In this document: positions 36,477 to 37,586 of the stretch, piece by piece
Layout of the letters: each line of letters opens with the position of its first letter
Position numbering within the stretch: the first letter of the stretch is position 1
DNA from: Folioceros fuciformis
Lineage: Eukaryota
Length of the DNA: 37,586 nt
Reading direction: 5' to 3'
NCBI GenBank assembly: GCA_049999805.1
Contig: JBNGIO010006035.1
Coordinates: 1 to 37,586 of the forward strand
Made by a program: the position numbers and the translations under genes
The notes under the pieces: model-generated
What the model was told of the DNA's origin: nothing
Databases searched by the model: none
Seen by the model: the letters and a program-made list of their open reading frames with translations, nothing else

Positions 36477-37586
36477 GATGAAGTATGTAGCAGAATCTGC
36501 AAGACTTCAAGAACTGTTCTAGAAAAATGTCCCTGTGGATAGGTTTCAAAGCGAGCAGCTGTGCGTTGTACCTTGCCACTCTGCGGCCGCCATGTTCTCT
36601 ACATTATTGCCCAAGTCAAGAAAACGTGCCATTGCTTTGAACCCACTTCCAAGCTCCCATCGCCACTGCACTAATCTAATCTCTGAGCTGATCTGCTGCC
36701 CCGGGCTGGTTTTCACTAGTCCATGGCTGTGCCATCCTGTGCAGCCCGCGCATGCGTGGCTTCAAAGCGACTTGCATATTACCATGAAGGAACAGAATTG
36801 AAGCCACTTGCATGCTATTCAAACAAAAGTTTTGACAAACTTTTCTACATTTTCCTCAGTTGCGCGTCCCTAATGAAGAATGCTGATCTGCTGCTTAGCA
36901 AACACGAGCCTGTGCAACTTGCACGACAAGTTTGGACCAGGCCCTGTCTGTCCCCTAAAAACTGGTGGACAGGACGAATCAGGGGAAAAAGGAACCAATC
37001 CCACATCAATGTCCAAACCGGTGCACTGTTGACTTTGTCACTCGGTGTACACGACCCAGGAGACTGTAGACTTCAACGTCTTGTCTGGGTTGACACTGAC
37101 AAGCTTCATGCGCACTCTGCCCTGCGTATATAGTCTGTGCAGCTCCATCAGCTTCTCCCTCACCACAACCAGCTGCTCCCTCCGCATTGCATTTGCAAGT
37201 TTCCTCCCAGGTCCTATAGACTGACAGCGGTTATGTGACCTGCAGAGCTTGCAAGTTCGGTTTTCAAATTCAATGTGGTAGTGTTTTCATTGATGCATAG
37301 CGATTGCAAACTTCTTCGCAATACTATCTGTTACAGTGATGTGTGCAGCAAGATTGCTCGTTTTTGTGATGGATTGGACGTTGTGTTCTTATTCTGGACA
37401 AGCATACCAACTTGAAGGAGTGACTGTCTAGGAGGGGGAGTCTATCACTACTAGAACTTTTGAACCGTTGGTACCAGGAATTGACAAAATGCATGCAGAG
37501 CCAGTCGTTCAGAATGGTGGATTTGACTTTCCCGTGGCCTTGATTTTCCTGAGACTTTCAGCAGTGGGCTCACAATTTCACAAACC
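36477..37586. pseudogene. Right arm of the inverted duplication: decayed copies of the unidentified family
   Basis: Minus strand: RKLANAMRREQLVVVREKLMELHRLYTQGRV, QWRWELGSGFKAMARFLDLG. Plus strand: LLELLNRWYQELTKCMQSQSFRMVDLTFPWP*FS*DFQQW. In-frame stops. Confidence 0.65.

Overview
Eukaryotic plant-like genomic window with compact genes (most introns ~75-160 nt, ~50% GC); by inference a non-seed land plant such as a hornwort or lycophyte. 1-6 kb is repeat/TE-like with no supportable gene. 6.3-25.6 kb holds seven intact spliced genes reconstructed exon by exon: a 2OG-Fe(II) dioxygenase head-to-head with exosome subunit RRP45 (119 bp between ATGs), an NPF/PTR transporter lacking the ExxER motif, MsrB, an ABA2/TS2-like SDR, a myristoylated TLDc protein with a GC-AG intron, and SYP61. 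A MITE with 22-bp TIRs lies between MsrB and the SDR. 25.9-37.6 kb is decayed and rearranged: inverted pseudogene copies of an unidentified family, a Ty1/copia remnant and a 47-bp minisatellite. The most notable element is an intron-containing pseudogene of a prokaryote-type beta-class N4C/N6A DNA methyltransferase (~29.5-31.1 kb), eroded largely by C>T changes, inside an AT-rich TE-like block. All family assignments come from motif recognition by eye, not database searches.
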